Below, in pieces: positions 38,666-50,844 of a stretch of 64,000 bases of DNA. The number at the start of each line of letters is the position of its first letter. The first letter of the stretch is position 1. Source of the DNA: Octopus sinensis (Eukaryota); assembly GCF_006345805.1 (NCBI RefSeq), contig NC_043001.1, positions 47,430,001-47,494,000 on the forward strand, in the 5' to 3' direction. The notes below the pieces were generated by a model, which made no database searches, was not told the origin of the DNA, and worked only from the letters and a program-made list of their open reading frames with translations. The translations under genes and the position numbers were made by a program.

Positions 38666-39349
38666 ATTTAACCCATAAACAGGATCCTGGCAAGTACTAC
38701 TGTTCCGGGTCAGAACGGATCTCGGAGTGATGGTAATTAAGGGGGTGACTCCGCGCTCCTCACAACTCCAGAATTTGTTACTGGGGCCTCACTGCTGGTT
38801 GCAGTTTAATGTCATATTCAGTTTTGCTACATTAGTCACCGAGAATTGTTACTGGAGTATATTTTCAATAAAAAATAAATGCTTTATGAGTTACTTCAAA
38901 ATAAGTTTTTATCTTTCGTTTATGACATTTGGCACAGCAGGTGGTACATTTTCAGCTTTATTAAACATTGGTCCACTTAAAAGTGGAGTTAGATAGGATT
39001 GATAGTAATTGTTATTAATTATTAAACAACTGCGTTGGTGCTAGTTGAGGTGGGATGTGGGGGGGGGTAAAGAAAAGAGAAATTGGGAAATTAGCTCAAC
39101 CTCAGACAGAGAGTGAGAGGGTCTGAATAATTTAGAAGAAAATCAGCAAGAAAAATAGTAAGGGAAAGACTCTACCCACCCCAACACCCACACATATTTT
39201 TAGTGCAGCTTGGCTAAATGGTTATGAAGTTGACTTCGCAACCACAATGACCTGTGATCGATTCTTGTGAGTGGCATCTTAGGCAAACGTCATTTTCTAT
39301 AGACTAGTTAAACATTTCCTGCCAGTGCACCACCTTTTAATAATATTTT

Positions 39350-39960
39350 CCGCTGTAAGCACAAAGCCTGAAATTTTGAAGGTGGAGACTAACCGTTTAC
39401 ATCTACCCTAGTGTTACTTCTTTCTACTGGTACTTCTTTCATCGACTCCGACAGGATGAAAGGCAAAGTCGACCTCGGCGGAATTTGAACTCGAAACATA
39501 AAGACGGACGAAATGCCGCAAAGCATTTTGCCCTGCGTGCTAACGATTCTTTTCTACTCTAGGCAAAAGGCCCAAAATTTTGGGGGATTAGATCGACTCC
39601 AGTACGCAATTGGTAATTAATTTATCGACCCCGAAAGGATGAAAGGCAAAGTCGATCTCGGCGGAATTTGAACTCAGAACATAAAGACAGACGAAATACG
39701 TCCGGCGTGCTAACGTTTCTGCCAGCTCGCCGCCTTTCACCACCTTTTAATAGTAACAGTTGTTTCTAACGTAGACTCAAAGCCTCAGATTTCCTGGGGC
39801 AGGGATCAGTCGATTAAGTCAACCTGCATATTTTACTAGTATTTTATTTTATCGACCTCGGAGAGATGATGAGATAAGTTGATTCTGATGGGATCTGAAC
39901 TTAGAAAGTAAAGAACCGGAGCAAATACTGCATGGCATTTCTTACGATGCTCTAAGCATT
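39350..39960 (-). mobile_element. Cluster of family D SINE copies
   Basis: Three successive D bodies of increasing divergence. Confidence 0.82.
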
Positions 39961-40280
39961 ATCTATAAAAGTGAAATTATCTCGAATTTTGTAAGGAGTA
40001 TCAAATATATACTTTAAGAAGGTTTTCTCTCGTTTAACGATGATTTCTTATTAGGTGACTTCGTTTAACGATATTTTCCCCCAATTTTTATTTTCTGAAA
40101 ACTTTTCAATTACTAAATGACACAACGTATAAGAAAACTTTTTTAATGCCGTTCAGACGTTCTTTAACGGCCAATGAATCAAATAATTTACAAAACAATG
40201 CCTTATATATGCATGTTTGGCATTTAAGGCGTACCACCATATATTCCATATACTGGAATTCTTATATGTTTGCAAGAGCT

Positions 40281-40387
40281 AGACAGGCATCTCCAACTAG
40301 CAGGCCATACTACTCCAGACTGATGACGAGCAAAGACTCAGAAACTAGTCTCTGGGTGCAGGTTTAGCTGGGTGGAGATGCTTATCT
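40281..40387 (+). ncRNA. Type I hammerhead ribozyme candidate with extended helix I
   Basis: UCCAGA-CUGAUGA-C-GAG(CAAAGA)CUC-A-GAAA-CUA-GUC/UCUGGG; palindromic helix III ACUAGU; helix I extends via AGGCC/GGUUU, CUAGC/GCUGG and GCAUCUCCA/UGGAGAUGC; predicted cleavage after 40350. Confidence 0.75.
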
Positions 40388-40744
40388 CCCCCTTACAAAC
40401 ATAAGGATACAGGAAATGTGTCAAGACCGACAGGAAGCGTTGCTGCTTCCTAGGGCTAAATAGCAGTAGTATTATTCCTTTCATGGGACTGTCACATTAA
40501 GTTGACAGTATACAACTACTTTAACCATATATTTCTTTTAACAAAACAAAATTTAATAAGAAATTCGTTAATTTAGAGATCTATGTGATTTTTTCTAGGT
40601 TTTAATTCTCCCAAAACATACAGATCCTCTAACTCATTGCTATACATACGCACATACATGCAACCACACGCATCTCAGGACATGACGTGTCTCTGGAAGC
40701 ACGTCGACCCGAATTTTCCAGATTAAGTATACTCGAACTGACAC

Positions 40745-40985
40745 TCCATCAGTTAAGACGGCTAGGGTTCCAGTTGATCCGATCAACAGAACAGCTTGCT
40801 CGTGCAAGTGGAAGAGCACTCCACTGACATGCGTACACTTAACGTAGTTTTCAAGTTGAAAAACAGGTATATCTCGTTTTTCCCGACTCAGTGGACTAGA
40901 GCAACGTGAAATAAAGTGTCTTGCTCAAGAACACAACGTACTAGCGGGTATCGAACTCACGACGACCTTACTATAATGAGCCGAA
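40745..40985 (-). mobile_element. SINE: family B head (CTTGAGCAAGACAC block) with the 63.3-kb-type tail
   Basis: GAGCAACGTGAAATAAAGTGTCTTGCTCAAGAAC plus GGGTTCCAGTTGATCCGATCAAC. Confidence 0.75.
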
Positions 40986-41882
40986 GAATTCGGCTCCACA
41001 TTTAACCGCAGTACAGCATTACTAATTACACTACGAAGTGCATCAACGAACACAGTAACAGTTGTAATTAGAGCTATCAATGTATACTCTTTCAAAACAC
41101 ATCAAGTAATTCATTTCTTGGCAGGAACCTAAGACAGTATTCAATAAATAAATGTTTAGTAATTTATATTATGTCGAAAGTGAAATCGCGTGGCATAGTG
41201 GTTATGGGTTTTGGGCTCATACTCATGGGAACGTAGTTTCGATTCTTGAAACCAGAGTGGAATATTGCGACCTTAGACAATGCACTTGATTTTACGTTTC
41301 TCTGGCCAACTCAGCTGAAATGAGTACCATTCGAGTGCGGGTGCGGCCCTCTGTCTCTCCAGCTGTCATATATTGGATGTTCAGGAGTTCATGAGTGGGA
41401 AGGCCTTGAGTGTGCCTATGTCTGTTCGCGACATAAACGGAAGCATAGTACATGCAACCAAGTCACATTTACTTGCGAATGACGGCTGTGGTTTATTAAG
41501 TATATTTAGGTACAGACGTGGCCGTGTGGTACGAAGATTATTTCCCAACTTTATGGTTCCGGGTCTGCCATCTTGGGCAAGTGTCTTCTACTATAACCTC
41601 GGGCTAACCAAAGCCTTGTGAGTGAATTTATTAGACGGAAACTAAAAGAAGCCCAACGTATATACATACATGCAAATACATATATAGCGCTTATTTCTAG
41701 CAGGTGGATGCTTGTTAAGCATCCTAACGCTTCGTACAAATTTATAATTCATAGCTATTTAATGCTATTGCACCTGCGATCCATCTATGTCACTGCTGGT
41801 GATATCATCAAATTAAAAATTTATCCACAGATGATATGAACAGTAGTGACATCTGATTTCAAATCTCAGTGTTTGAATATTT

Positions 41883-41916
<34 letters not shown>

Positions 41917-42110
41917 ACGGAAGGTTTACGAAAATAAACAAAAGACGAAGGCAGATGGAGTACAAACAAATAATGTATTAGTATGGCGCTCAGGAATAGA
42001 AATAAAACAAGTCTTTTACGTTTCGAGCCTACGCTCTTCGACAGAAAGATACACAGAAAAGAAACAAGGAGAGAAAAAAATTGCGTGTAGGGGCTAACGA
42101 TCCAACATGG
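41917..42110 (-). mobile_element. Penelope-like pseudo-LTR-type repeat (family E) containing a minimal hammerhead
   Basis: Homologous to 54995-55135; carries the hammerhead-like block at 42013-42048. Confidence 0.65.
42013..42048 (-). ncRNA. Minimal type I hammerhead-like motif (core variant)
   Basis: CUUU-CUGUCGA-A-GAGC(GUAG)GCUC-GAAA-C-GUA/AAAG; palindromic ACGU helix III; A6 replaced by U. Confidence 0.55.
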
Positions 42111-42130
42111 CATATATATATATATATGCA

Positions 42131-42338
42131 CGAAGGGGTGCTGAAAAGTTCCTGCCTTTAAGAGTATCGCGAAAGGCTTGGCTGGAGACCCAACTTCCCG
42201 AGTTCTTTAACAGGGTTTAGAAAAACAGAAGGACCACTGCAATAAGTGTATAATTTTAGAGGGAAATATGTTGTAAAATTAACTGATCCTCCTCAATTTT
42301 CTTTTACCCAAAGCCTGGAACTTTGTAGCACCTCCTCG
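42131..42338 (+). mobile_element. Internally deleted mariner element (MITE)
   Basis: TIRs CGAAGGGGTGCTGAAAAGTTCCTG / CCTGGAACTTTGTAGCACCTCCTCG|TA; interior keeps mariner C-terminus QGLEKQKDHCNKCIILEGNML*. Confidence 0.85.
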
Positions 42339-42354
42339 TACGTACCATACGTAC

Positions 42355-42585
42355 GTGCGTATGCGTATGTCTTTGTCTCTGTGTTTGTCCCTCATCGTTG
42401 CTTGACAACCGGTGTAGTTGTGTTTACGTCTCGTATCTAGCGGTTCGGCGAAAGAGGTCAATAGAATAAGTTTGAGGTTCAAAATTTAAATACAGGAGCC
42501 GGTTCGTTCAGCTAAAATCTTCAAGGGTGCATTAGAATGCGCCCAGCATGGGCGCATTTTAATGACTGAAACAAGTAAAAGATAA
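42355..42585 (+). mobile_element. Family C SINE 3' half
   Basis: GCTTGACAACCGGTG..CTTAGCGG-like..GACTGAAACAAGTAAAAG. Confidence 0.8.
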
Positions 42586-42591
42586 ACGATC

Positions 42592-42630
<39 letters not shown>

Positions 42631-43049
42631 AACACACACACACACACACACACATGTAATGTGCGTCTACGTATGTAGGGTTGCTTACTCAAGGAAGTCT
42701 TGCAGTTTCGTAATAGCAGTAATTCACTATCATAATTATGTATATCATTGAACTAGTCTCTCTCACTCTCTCTCTCTCTCTCTCTCTAATATATGTACAG
42801 TATGTATAAAACGAGTGTGTGTGTGTGAGTGAAGGAATAAATTTATATGTTTTGGAGAATAACTAAGAAACAAAATCACGTAGTGAACGTGTTTCTTTTA
42901 AGATTTTTGTTTTTCGTAAAACAAATATATGGTTATTCACCCACTTAAATGTCAACATGCATGTATAAGACATTGCTTTATATGTTTTCTCATTCAGTGG
43001 CCTTGAACGGAAATTTGAACAGTATTAACAAATTTCCTGCACACGTTGT

Positions 43050-43127
43050 GTCGCTTAGCAACCGAAAAGCTTTCTGTAAATTGCTTTTTTTTTTTTGATA
43101 AGTCGTTAAAGAGAGTCTCGTAGCGAC
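43050..43127. promoter_or_regulatory. Pair of RFX X-box-like sites
   Basis: GTCGCTTAGCAAC (43050-43062) and GTCTCGTAGCGAC (43115-43127). Confidence 0.4.
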
Positions 43128-43204
43128 TTGTCATCGTCAAGTGAGAAATAATGTATTTAAATATATTTGAAACTCCATAAGTGATTCGAGACGGTTCGGT
43201 TTTT

Positions 43205-43572
43205 ATATCTTTTGCTTATTTCATTGGACTGCGGCCATGCTGGGACACTGCTCCGAAAGATTTAGTCGAACAAATCGACTCCGATTCTTTTTTTTTTAAA
43301 GTTTGGTACTTATTCTATCGATATCTTTTTCCAAACCGCTAAGTTAAAGGGGCGTTAACAAACCAACACTAACTATCAAGTGGTGGTGGTGATGGTGGGG
43401 AACAAACATAAACACACATATATAAACAACAGGCTTCTTTCAGTTTCCGTCTTAATTCGGCCAAAGCTTCGTGGAATTTACGAGGCTTTGGCCGACTTGA
43501 GGATAGTGTAGACGACACTTGCCCAAGGTGCCACGCCGTGGGACTGAACCCAGAACAGCCATGCCTACGGCG
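43205..43572 (-). mobile_element. Family C SINE, diverged
   Basis: All family C blocks on minus strand. Confidence 0.85.
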
Positions 43573-44704
43573 CTTTTGTATATATTATCATTATTTAGAA
43601 AACGTCAGTCTTAAGCAATGTACGAGTCAACAAGGGAGACGCGGTGATTTAGTCAACCTACCGGAAATAGTAGTCTAAATCTCCCTTAAATCATTTTCCA
43701 TCATTTTGAAAAAGGGAAATGATATAGTGAATAATATTGTCCCAAATATACTGCTTGAAAGAGAAAAAAAACCCCTGTCAACTGTAAAACCTTTTATCAC
43801 AGGACTGCTCACACAAGGAAGTCCTGGTGTCCAACAATAGAAGTAGTTCACTATTATCTATATCCTTGAAGTATATATACAGTTCTTCATGAAATCTAGA
43901 AGAGTTTCAAGAGGCAAAGAAAAATGAATCAACCAAAATATTTCAACAGGAACATTTAAGGAGCTAAAGGAACTTATTCGGATGTTGAAACACAATTTGA
44001 AATTTTGAAAATAAAAATATATATCTGAGAGTGTCGAGTAGAGAATCTTGACATCAAGCAACGTTATTACTTAAAATATATTTAATATAGATTGCATTAA
44101 CCAGCTGTTGAAAAATCTGATATTTATGTAGTTAATACACACTAGTTCACACATATATTCACACACACACACACACGTTTTCTATTAAATAAACAGCGCA
44201 GCAGGCTTCAAAAACCTCTTGATAGTCTCTGTTTTATGTTCGTTGAGATATATGAAAATAATGCGAAGTGATAGGTTGCTAATGATCTATTTACGTCATT
44301 GACCATTTGTCTGGGTAAATGTCGGAGAAAGAATTCCATTTTTTACCTATATATCATGGAATGCAATGCAAACATAGGCACATTCCAGCCACCAGATACG
44401 AATTTGAATTTACACTGTCGAGTGCCAAGCCTTTGAGGCTATACAAAGTTACGTGTTGATCCGCAACCTACCTTTGTCTGGAAGCTACGTTTTCTCAGTA
44501 TTTTAAAAGTAAAAGAAAAACAATCTAAATGGCTATTCAAGCCATTCCGCCAATGAATTGAAACGGTAATTTCGATTAATGGCGGTCTCTTCATGACTAA
44601 GCACAAAAGGCTTATAAACACATGATAGCAGAGATATTTGAACCTTTCTCGAGGGCACTAGCGAAGCAAATGGAAAATGGCTTTAACTGAGTACTCTTTT
44701 TTTT

Positions 44705-44920
44705 CTTATTCTTTTTACTTGTTTCAGTCATTTGACTGTGGCCATGCTGGAGCACCGCCTTTAGTCGAGCAATTCGACTCCAGGACTTATTCTTTGCAAG
44801 CCTAACACTTATCCTATCAGTCTTTTTAGCCGAACCGCTAAGTTACTGGGACGTAACATACCAGCATCGGTTGTCAAGACATGTTGGGGAAACAAATACA
44901 GACACACAAACATAAACACG

Positions 44921-44975
<55 letters not shown>

Positions 44976-45137
44976 AATATATGACGGGCTTCTTTCAGTT
45001 TCCGTCTACCAAATCCACTCGCAAGGCTTTGGGCGGCCCGTGGCTATGGTAGAAGACAATGCCCAAGGTGTCACGCAGTGGGAAGGAACCCGGGACCATG
45101 TGGATCGTAAGCAAGCTACTTACCACACAGCCACTGC
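44705..45137 (-). mobile_element. Family C SINE
   Basis: Near full length with internal (TA)n. Confidence 0.9.
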
Positions 45138-45580
45138 TTGCTCTACAGAGCAGCGCTCAATGTATATCTTCAATGATATATATAAATTACAAACACATTT
45201 AATAGTGTTTTATTTTTATACTATTATATACTATAAAACAGTAATGATAGTACCATGTACTATTCTAGTACATGATGCCTGTTGTTTACTTGTTATTTTA
45301 GCATACATACATCCCTGCATGTATATTTTGGAAAATTAAATTAGAATATACATAGATACGATTAGATATTTGATTTTGATTGTATCTATTTTAAAGAGTA
45401 TTTCGTCCAAATGTAATCGATACTTAAATGTTTCCTTATAATAAATAAAGCAGTGTTTTTTTTTCTGTAATTATGATCTTTTGATTCTGGTCGAACAGGA
45501 AAGTTAAGCAGTGGCTATGGATGGTAGAGCAGGGGTAAGACGGCAGGCCCAAAAATGTGCTGCGATAGTGTTTTTTTATA

Positions 45581-45774
45581 GGCGTAGGAGTGGCCGTGTG
45601 GTAAGTAGCTTGCTTACCAACCACATGGTTCTGGGTTCAGTCCCACTGCGTGGCACCTTGGGCAAATGTCTTCTACTATAGCCTCGGGCCGACCAAAGGC
45701 TTGTGAGTGGATTTAGTAGACAGAAACTGAAAGAAGCCCGTCGTATATACGTATATATATATATATAATATATA

Positions 45775-45844
<70 letters not shown>

Positions 45845-46026
45845 ATATATATATATGTTTGTTCCCCAACATCGCTTGACAACATCGCTTGAAAACAGAC
45901 CGATAGAATAAGTACTAGGCTTACAAAGAATAAGTCCTGGGGTCGGTTTGCTCGACTAAAGGCGGTGCTCCAGCATGGCCACAGTCAAATGACTGAAACA
46001 AGTAAAAGAATAAAAGAGTAAAAGAG
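45581..46026 (+). mobile_element. Family C SINE, full length
   Basis: GGCGTAGGAGTGGCCGTGTGGTAAG head to (TAAAAGAG)n tail; small internal duplication/deletion near 45870-45895. Confidence 0.92.
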
Positions 46027-47889
46027 AGAGGCTGTCACGGTATAGTTATTCTGAAAACGCACTTTTGTTACATATGTCACTTTATTCTAAAAATGGGGCA
46101 AATGTGTGGGATTCATTCCACAGGAAGACAATAAATGATTTAAACATAAATATATTCCACTTATGGAATTTTTAGTTTCTCATGCTGTGCGTGCTGTATA
46201 GAGAATAGAGAGTACATACATACATACATACATACATACATACATACATGCATTCTTACATCCATATAGACATGCATGCATTCATTCGTACATGCATGCA
46301 CGCATACATATATTTATAGGCGCAGTCGGTTATGTTACAAAGTGTTTAAACAGTCAATGGAAGGTTCAGATAAAAAATATAATCATCCAGTAAGTCTTCA
46401 GAAACTTCATTCTGCAAGCCAGATAGTAAAAACATGCAGGGTTTCTCCAAGTTTAACATATAGGTACATACAGTTGCTGTTGATTAAAAAAAATTCAATT
46501 ATGGTATATTGCATTTACTTTCTTATATATAAGATAATCCAAGGAATTTACAAAAGTGGGGGAAACATCTTGACGTTGCATTGACCTCGTTGAACCAATT
46601 CAACAGTTTTATATCATGACTAGAGCCATGACTGTTCCCTATTAACAACTTGCAAGAGGAACGCCATTTTGCTTGGTGCTTTATGGTTTCAGCTATCCTA
46701 CTGCGCTCGTGTAAAGCAAAAAATATAATTTGAAAATCCTTTTCCTTGAGATCAGCACCGATATTTGATAACAAAGGAAAGTTAGTTTAAATTATGCTAG
46801 AAGGAGGAAACCAAAGACTGTAATGAATTTAGTCTAGGCTTCTACAATTTCAATTACCACCATCCTACCATTATATGTGATTCCTCACATCGACACAATA
46901 CTAGCAAATTGAACCCGATACACCACTGTTACATTGATGCCAGAACTTAATGGTGGTGGTGGCACCCGATCTTTTGATCACTCAAAGAAACTATATATCC
47001 ATTGGTCTTTTCAAATTGCTGGTACTATCCGTCGGTCGCAATTCCTGTTAGAAGTGCCATGGTGATGGGGCAGATACCATAAGATGACCCGTCCGATGAC
47101 AAACTAACAATTTTGTCAATCCACTGCCCTAGACTGATACTTTTATTTTTATTATCGATTCCAAAAAAAAGTTGAAAGGTAAAGTTGACCATGGCGGAAT
47201 TTGAACTCTGAATGCTGAGTGTCGAAACAAATACCGGGAGGCATTCTATCCAACACTCTAACGACTCCGCCAATTCGCTGCCTTAAAATATGGAAGGCGA
47301 AAAAGACAGCAATGACGGGACTTGGATTCTGGACGTGCAACTAAACAGAACAACCATAAAAGTTCATATGTCATACGCTGCGATGTGTATAAGAAGCATT
47401 TCATTCTATTTGTCTTTAAAACTTAATATAATGCATTATATGAATACTTTATATTATACCCGCCATTAATCATGCTCTTGATTTTCATGGGAAAATGTAT
47501 ACATCAAACATGAAATTTTACGGTAATTATCCAGCATTCTTTCGCATCAACTTATTATTTCAGAGTTCGGTATACTTATTTTGAAAGAGATTGTATGTAG
47601 AAACCGAAATAACTACATCGCGGGTGAGTAATTTTTTAACCACTTAAAAACAATTATAGTCACTTTCTTTTATTATTTTTGAATAGCTACTTGTCTACTA
47701 CGAAATGCCAAAAAAAAAAAAAAATGCTTCGTCGCACCCCTGCGGCCTGGTTACTGTATTTACCGTTATGTCAGTTATTAAGTCACTGAAACATTTTTGA
47801 CGCCTAATAGCAGACAGTATTATTAAGAAATTAACAAGAAATTAATATAATTTTGTTTATTTATTTCTTGACTTCTGAAATGTCTCTCT

Positions 47890-47953
47890 CTCTCTCTATA
47901 TATATATATTATATATAACACACATATACGTATACATACATATATATATATAT

Positions 47954-48032
<79 letters not shown>

Positions 48033-48135
48033 TATATAATATATATATACATATACACATACATACATATATATATATATGTACATATATATACATATAT
48101 ATATATACAAACATACATATATGTATATACATACA

Positions 48136-48170
<35 letters not shown>

Positions 48171-48226
48171 GTACATATATATACATATATATATATATAC
48201 AAACATACATATACGTATATACATAC

Positions 48227-48283
<57 letters not shown>

Positions 48284-48330
48284 TATACATACATACACAC
48301 ACACACTCACACATACACACACACATATAT
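47890..48330. repeat. Compound (TA)n/(TACA)n microsatellite
   Basis: Source of the spurious 190-aa ORF. Confidence 0.97.
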
Positions 48331-48880
48331 ATTATAAAGAAATAGGTGAAAATATAATGCAAGCTTATGTGGAGGTCTAATATAATTAGTTGCAATTTCG
48401 GGAGCTTAAGAGATTAAATAAACAATGCAGTTGACAAATTGATTGAGTACAATGAAAGGAGTTCAAACAACTTTTCCCTATTATATAAAGTTTATTTTGT
48501 TGTTTTTATTTTAAAAATGTTCTAATGTTCTTAATTCATTAGTACGGCTTAATTGATTAGCATAAGCATTCTGCTTACTGCATCTTTAGTTCCGGAATTA
48601 AAATCTGCTTAATTACTCGGTCATCTAAAAGCTTGTGTTTGTTTGTTTTTTTGTTTTTTTTTTTTTGCTTCTTTCTTTATTACGTGAACTTGTATGATCA
48701 CACACACACACACATACATAAACACGCACACCGTATATTCGAATTTTTGTGGGGAGAGAGAGAGAAAAAGGGAGAGCGAGTGAGTCAGAGAGAAATACTA
48801 TCAACCATCCAACATAAACCCTCTTTTTATTAAAAATACCCCCGCTTCTAAAGAGTGTATTAAAATTACCTTCTCGAGTC

Positions 48881-49122
48881 AAGCCGACTCATAAGGGCCG
48901 GTTTCCCGGTTCAATGACGTATATATTCCCCACCTGGTTGGGACGCCGGTCTGTCGCAGGAATTACTCATTTTTGCCAGCTGAGTGGACTAGAGCAACGT
49001 GAAATGAGCAACGTAAAATGAAGTGTTTTGGTCAAGAACTCAACGCGTAGCCCGGTCCAGGAATCGAAACCACCTTCTTACGATCATGAGTTCAACACCC
49101 TAACCACTAAGCCACGCACATC
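48881..49122 (-). mobile_element. SINE: family B head with L2-like tail
   Basis: Head ..CACCCTAACCACTAAGCCAC; body GAGCAACGTGAAATG; tail GGGCCGGTTTCCCGG. Confidence 0.8.
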
Positions 49123-49174
49123 TACAAAGGATATATTGCAATTATCCATTGGCACCTGAGACGTACAAACACAC

Positions 49175-49208
<34 letters not shown>

Positions 49209-49852
49209 CACACACACACACACATATTGGATATTGAGATGTTACTGTTTGGAAACGAACATGTATAAATGTACTCAATGTACGATGTAGAGTATATTGC
49301 TGACTTAAACCAAATCCTTTTTCTCGCGGCTCGAGTTTCACAAGGCTTGTTAAATTTCGCCAGATGATCACAATGATGCCAGTTCGAGTCGCGAGAAAAA
49401 GAACTGCGTCTAAATAAAATGTATGTATACGGGCGAACATACATACACACACACATCCATCCATCCATACATACATACATACATACATACATAACAGATA
49501 CATGCATAATATATGATATATAAAATGTACATGTATGTATGTATGTATGTATGTATGTATGATGTGTGTATGTATGTATGATGTATGTATGTATGTATGT
49601 ATGTATGTATGTATGTATGTATGTATGTATATTCAACGCAGATTACTTCTCTGGGAGCGGTCTATAACGTACGACGCAAAATATTGAATTACAATATATT
49701 TCTAAGTGGGAAATAAATATTCATTATCTTTTTCGTTTACACTAACCATATAAAGCTACATTTATACGTATACGCATTCATCCATCCATATATATATATA
49801 CATGCAACCATGTATGCGTACTTACATACATGTATACCTATATTCTAACGAA

Positions 49853-49945
49853 AACAAAACTGATCTTTTACGTTTGGCTGTTTAGGACAACAAAATGAAA
49901 ACATGCTCTGTTGTGGAAGTCAGCTGCTCACTTGACCTTTGTATG
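49853..49945 (+). mobile_element. Small RLE-domain fragment (R4/Dong-like)
   Basis: NKTDLLRLAV*DNKMKTCSVVEVSCSLD parallels the RPDIVIRDGQEKVCTVIEVSCPAD fragment at 2.97 kb. Confidence 0.5.
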
Positions 49946-50128
49946 GTAAGAAAAATATAGAGGAAATAAGACACCTTATGATTCACTGACAAGAAGTCTG
50001 CTAACTTAGCACTCTAAATATAACTAGTTTCTTTCATCTCCACAATAGTTTACGTTTTATAGTTGTGTTGTTTGAGCTGTTGAAGAGAAATGAAATTGCT
50101 GTTACATGGAATTGGTATGTTTTCTCGC

Positions 50129-50242
50129 AGATTAAACTCGGTGGGAACTCACTTTCCAATCCTCGGTATTCCTTATTTTGGATTATAATATAAAATAAGG
50201 AATACTGAGGATTGGAAAGTGAGTTCCCACCGAGTTTAATCT
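50129..50242. repeat. 51-bp-arm near-perfect inverted repeat, 12-nt loop
   Basis: 50129-50179 vs 50192-50242, one G/T mismatch. Confidence 0.98.
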
Positions 50243-50244
50243 AG

Positions 50245-50477
50245 AAGGCGGCGAGCTGGCAGAAACGTTAGCACGCCGGGCGAAATGCGTAGCCGTATTT
50301 CGTCTGCCGTTACGTTCTGAGTTCAAATTCCGCCGAGGTCGACTTTGCCTTTCATCCTTTCGGGGTCGATAAATTAAGTACTAGTTACACACTGGGGTCG
50401 ATGTAATCGACTTAATACCTATGTCTGTCCTTGTTTGTCTCCTCTGTGTTTAGCCCCTTGTGGGTAGTAAAGAAATA
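50245..50477 (+). mobile_element. Family D SINE, full-length monomer
   Basis: Near-identical to 25022-25252; 24-bp TSD at 50165-50188 / 50478-50501 encloses the SINE plus the inverted arm. Confidence 0.95.
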
Positions 50478-50506
50478 GGTATTCCTTATTTTGGATTATA
50501 ACTGAT

Positions 50507-50844
50507 AAAAGGCCACAGTTTATAAGGAAGGAAGAAAAACATTTTACTACGTTCCTGCCCCTTCTCTAGGCATAAGTAAAACGAAAGATTTAGCCGTCGT
50601 GGTAACCGCTTTGCAAAATCGGTTCGCCATGAGTTTTCTTCTAACTCCACTGTCAGAGTAGTAGCTATCATACAATGTATGTCACTTGGGGGCAACCCTT
50701 GATTTCTTCCCACCCGACTCCAGGCTCGCAAGCCTATACAGGCTTATACAGGAAACCTAAAAGTGCCGCTCCTATAAAAGCGTCGCCCGAGTGGTCCATA
50801 CCCACTCGCCTCCTATCCCGCCAGCTATGCTCCTGCCTACTGTG
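50507..50844 (-). mobile_element. GC-richer insertion, possibly a decayed LINE ORF1 fragment
   Basis: Flanked by TGGATTATAA(C/T)TGAT at 50492-50506 and 50845-50859; protein identity uncertain. Confidence 0.45.

Noticed and set aside
47823-48395. Longest ORF in the track (190 aa)
   Set aside because: Pure (TA)n/(TACA)n translation; the same applies to most YI/CV/HT/RE-rich ORFs, e.g. 55026-55445
49886-49945. 60-nt exon with good splice sites
   Set aside because: Peptide is better explained as an RLE retrotransposon fragment
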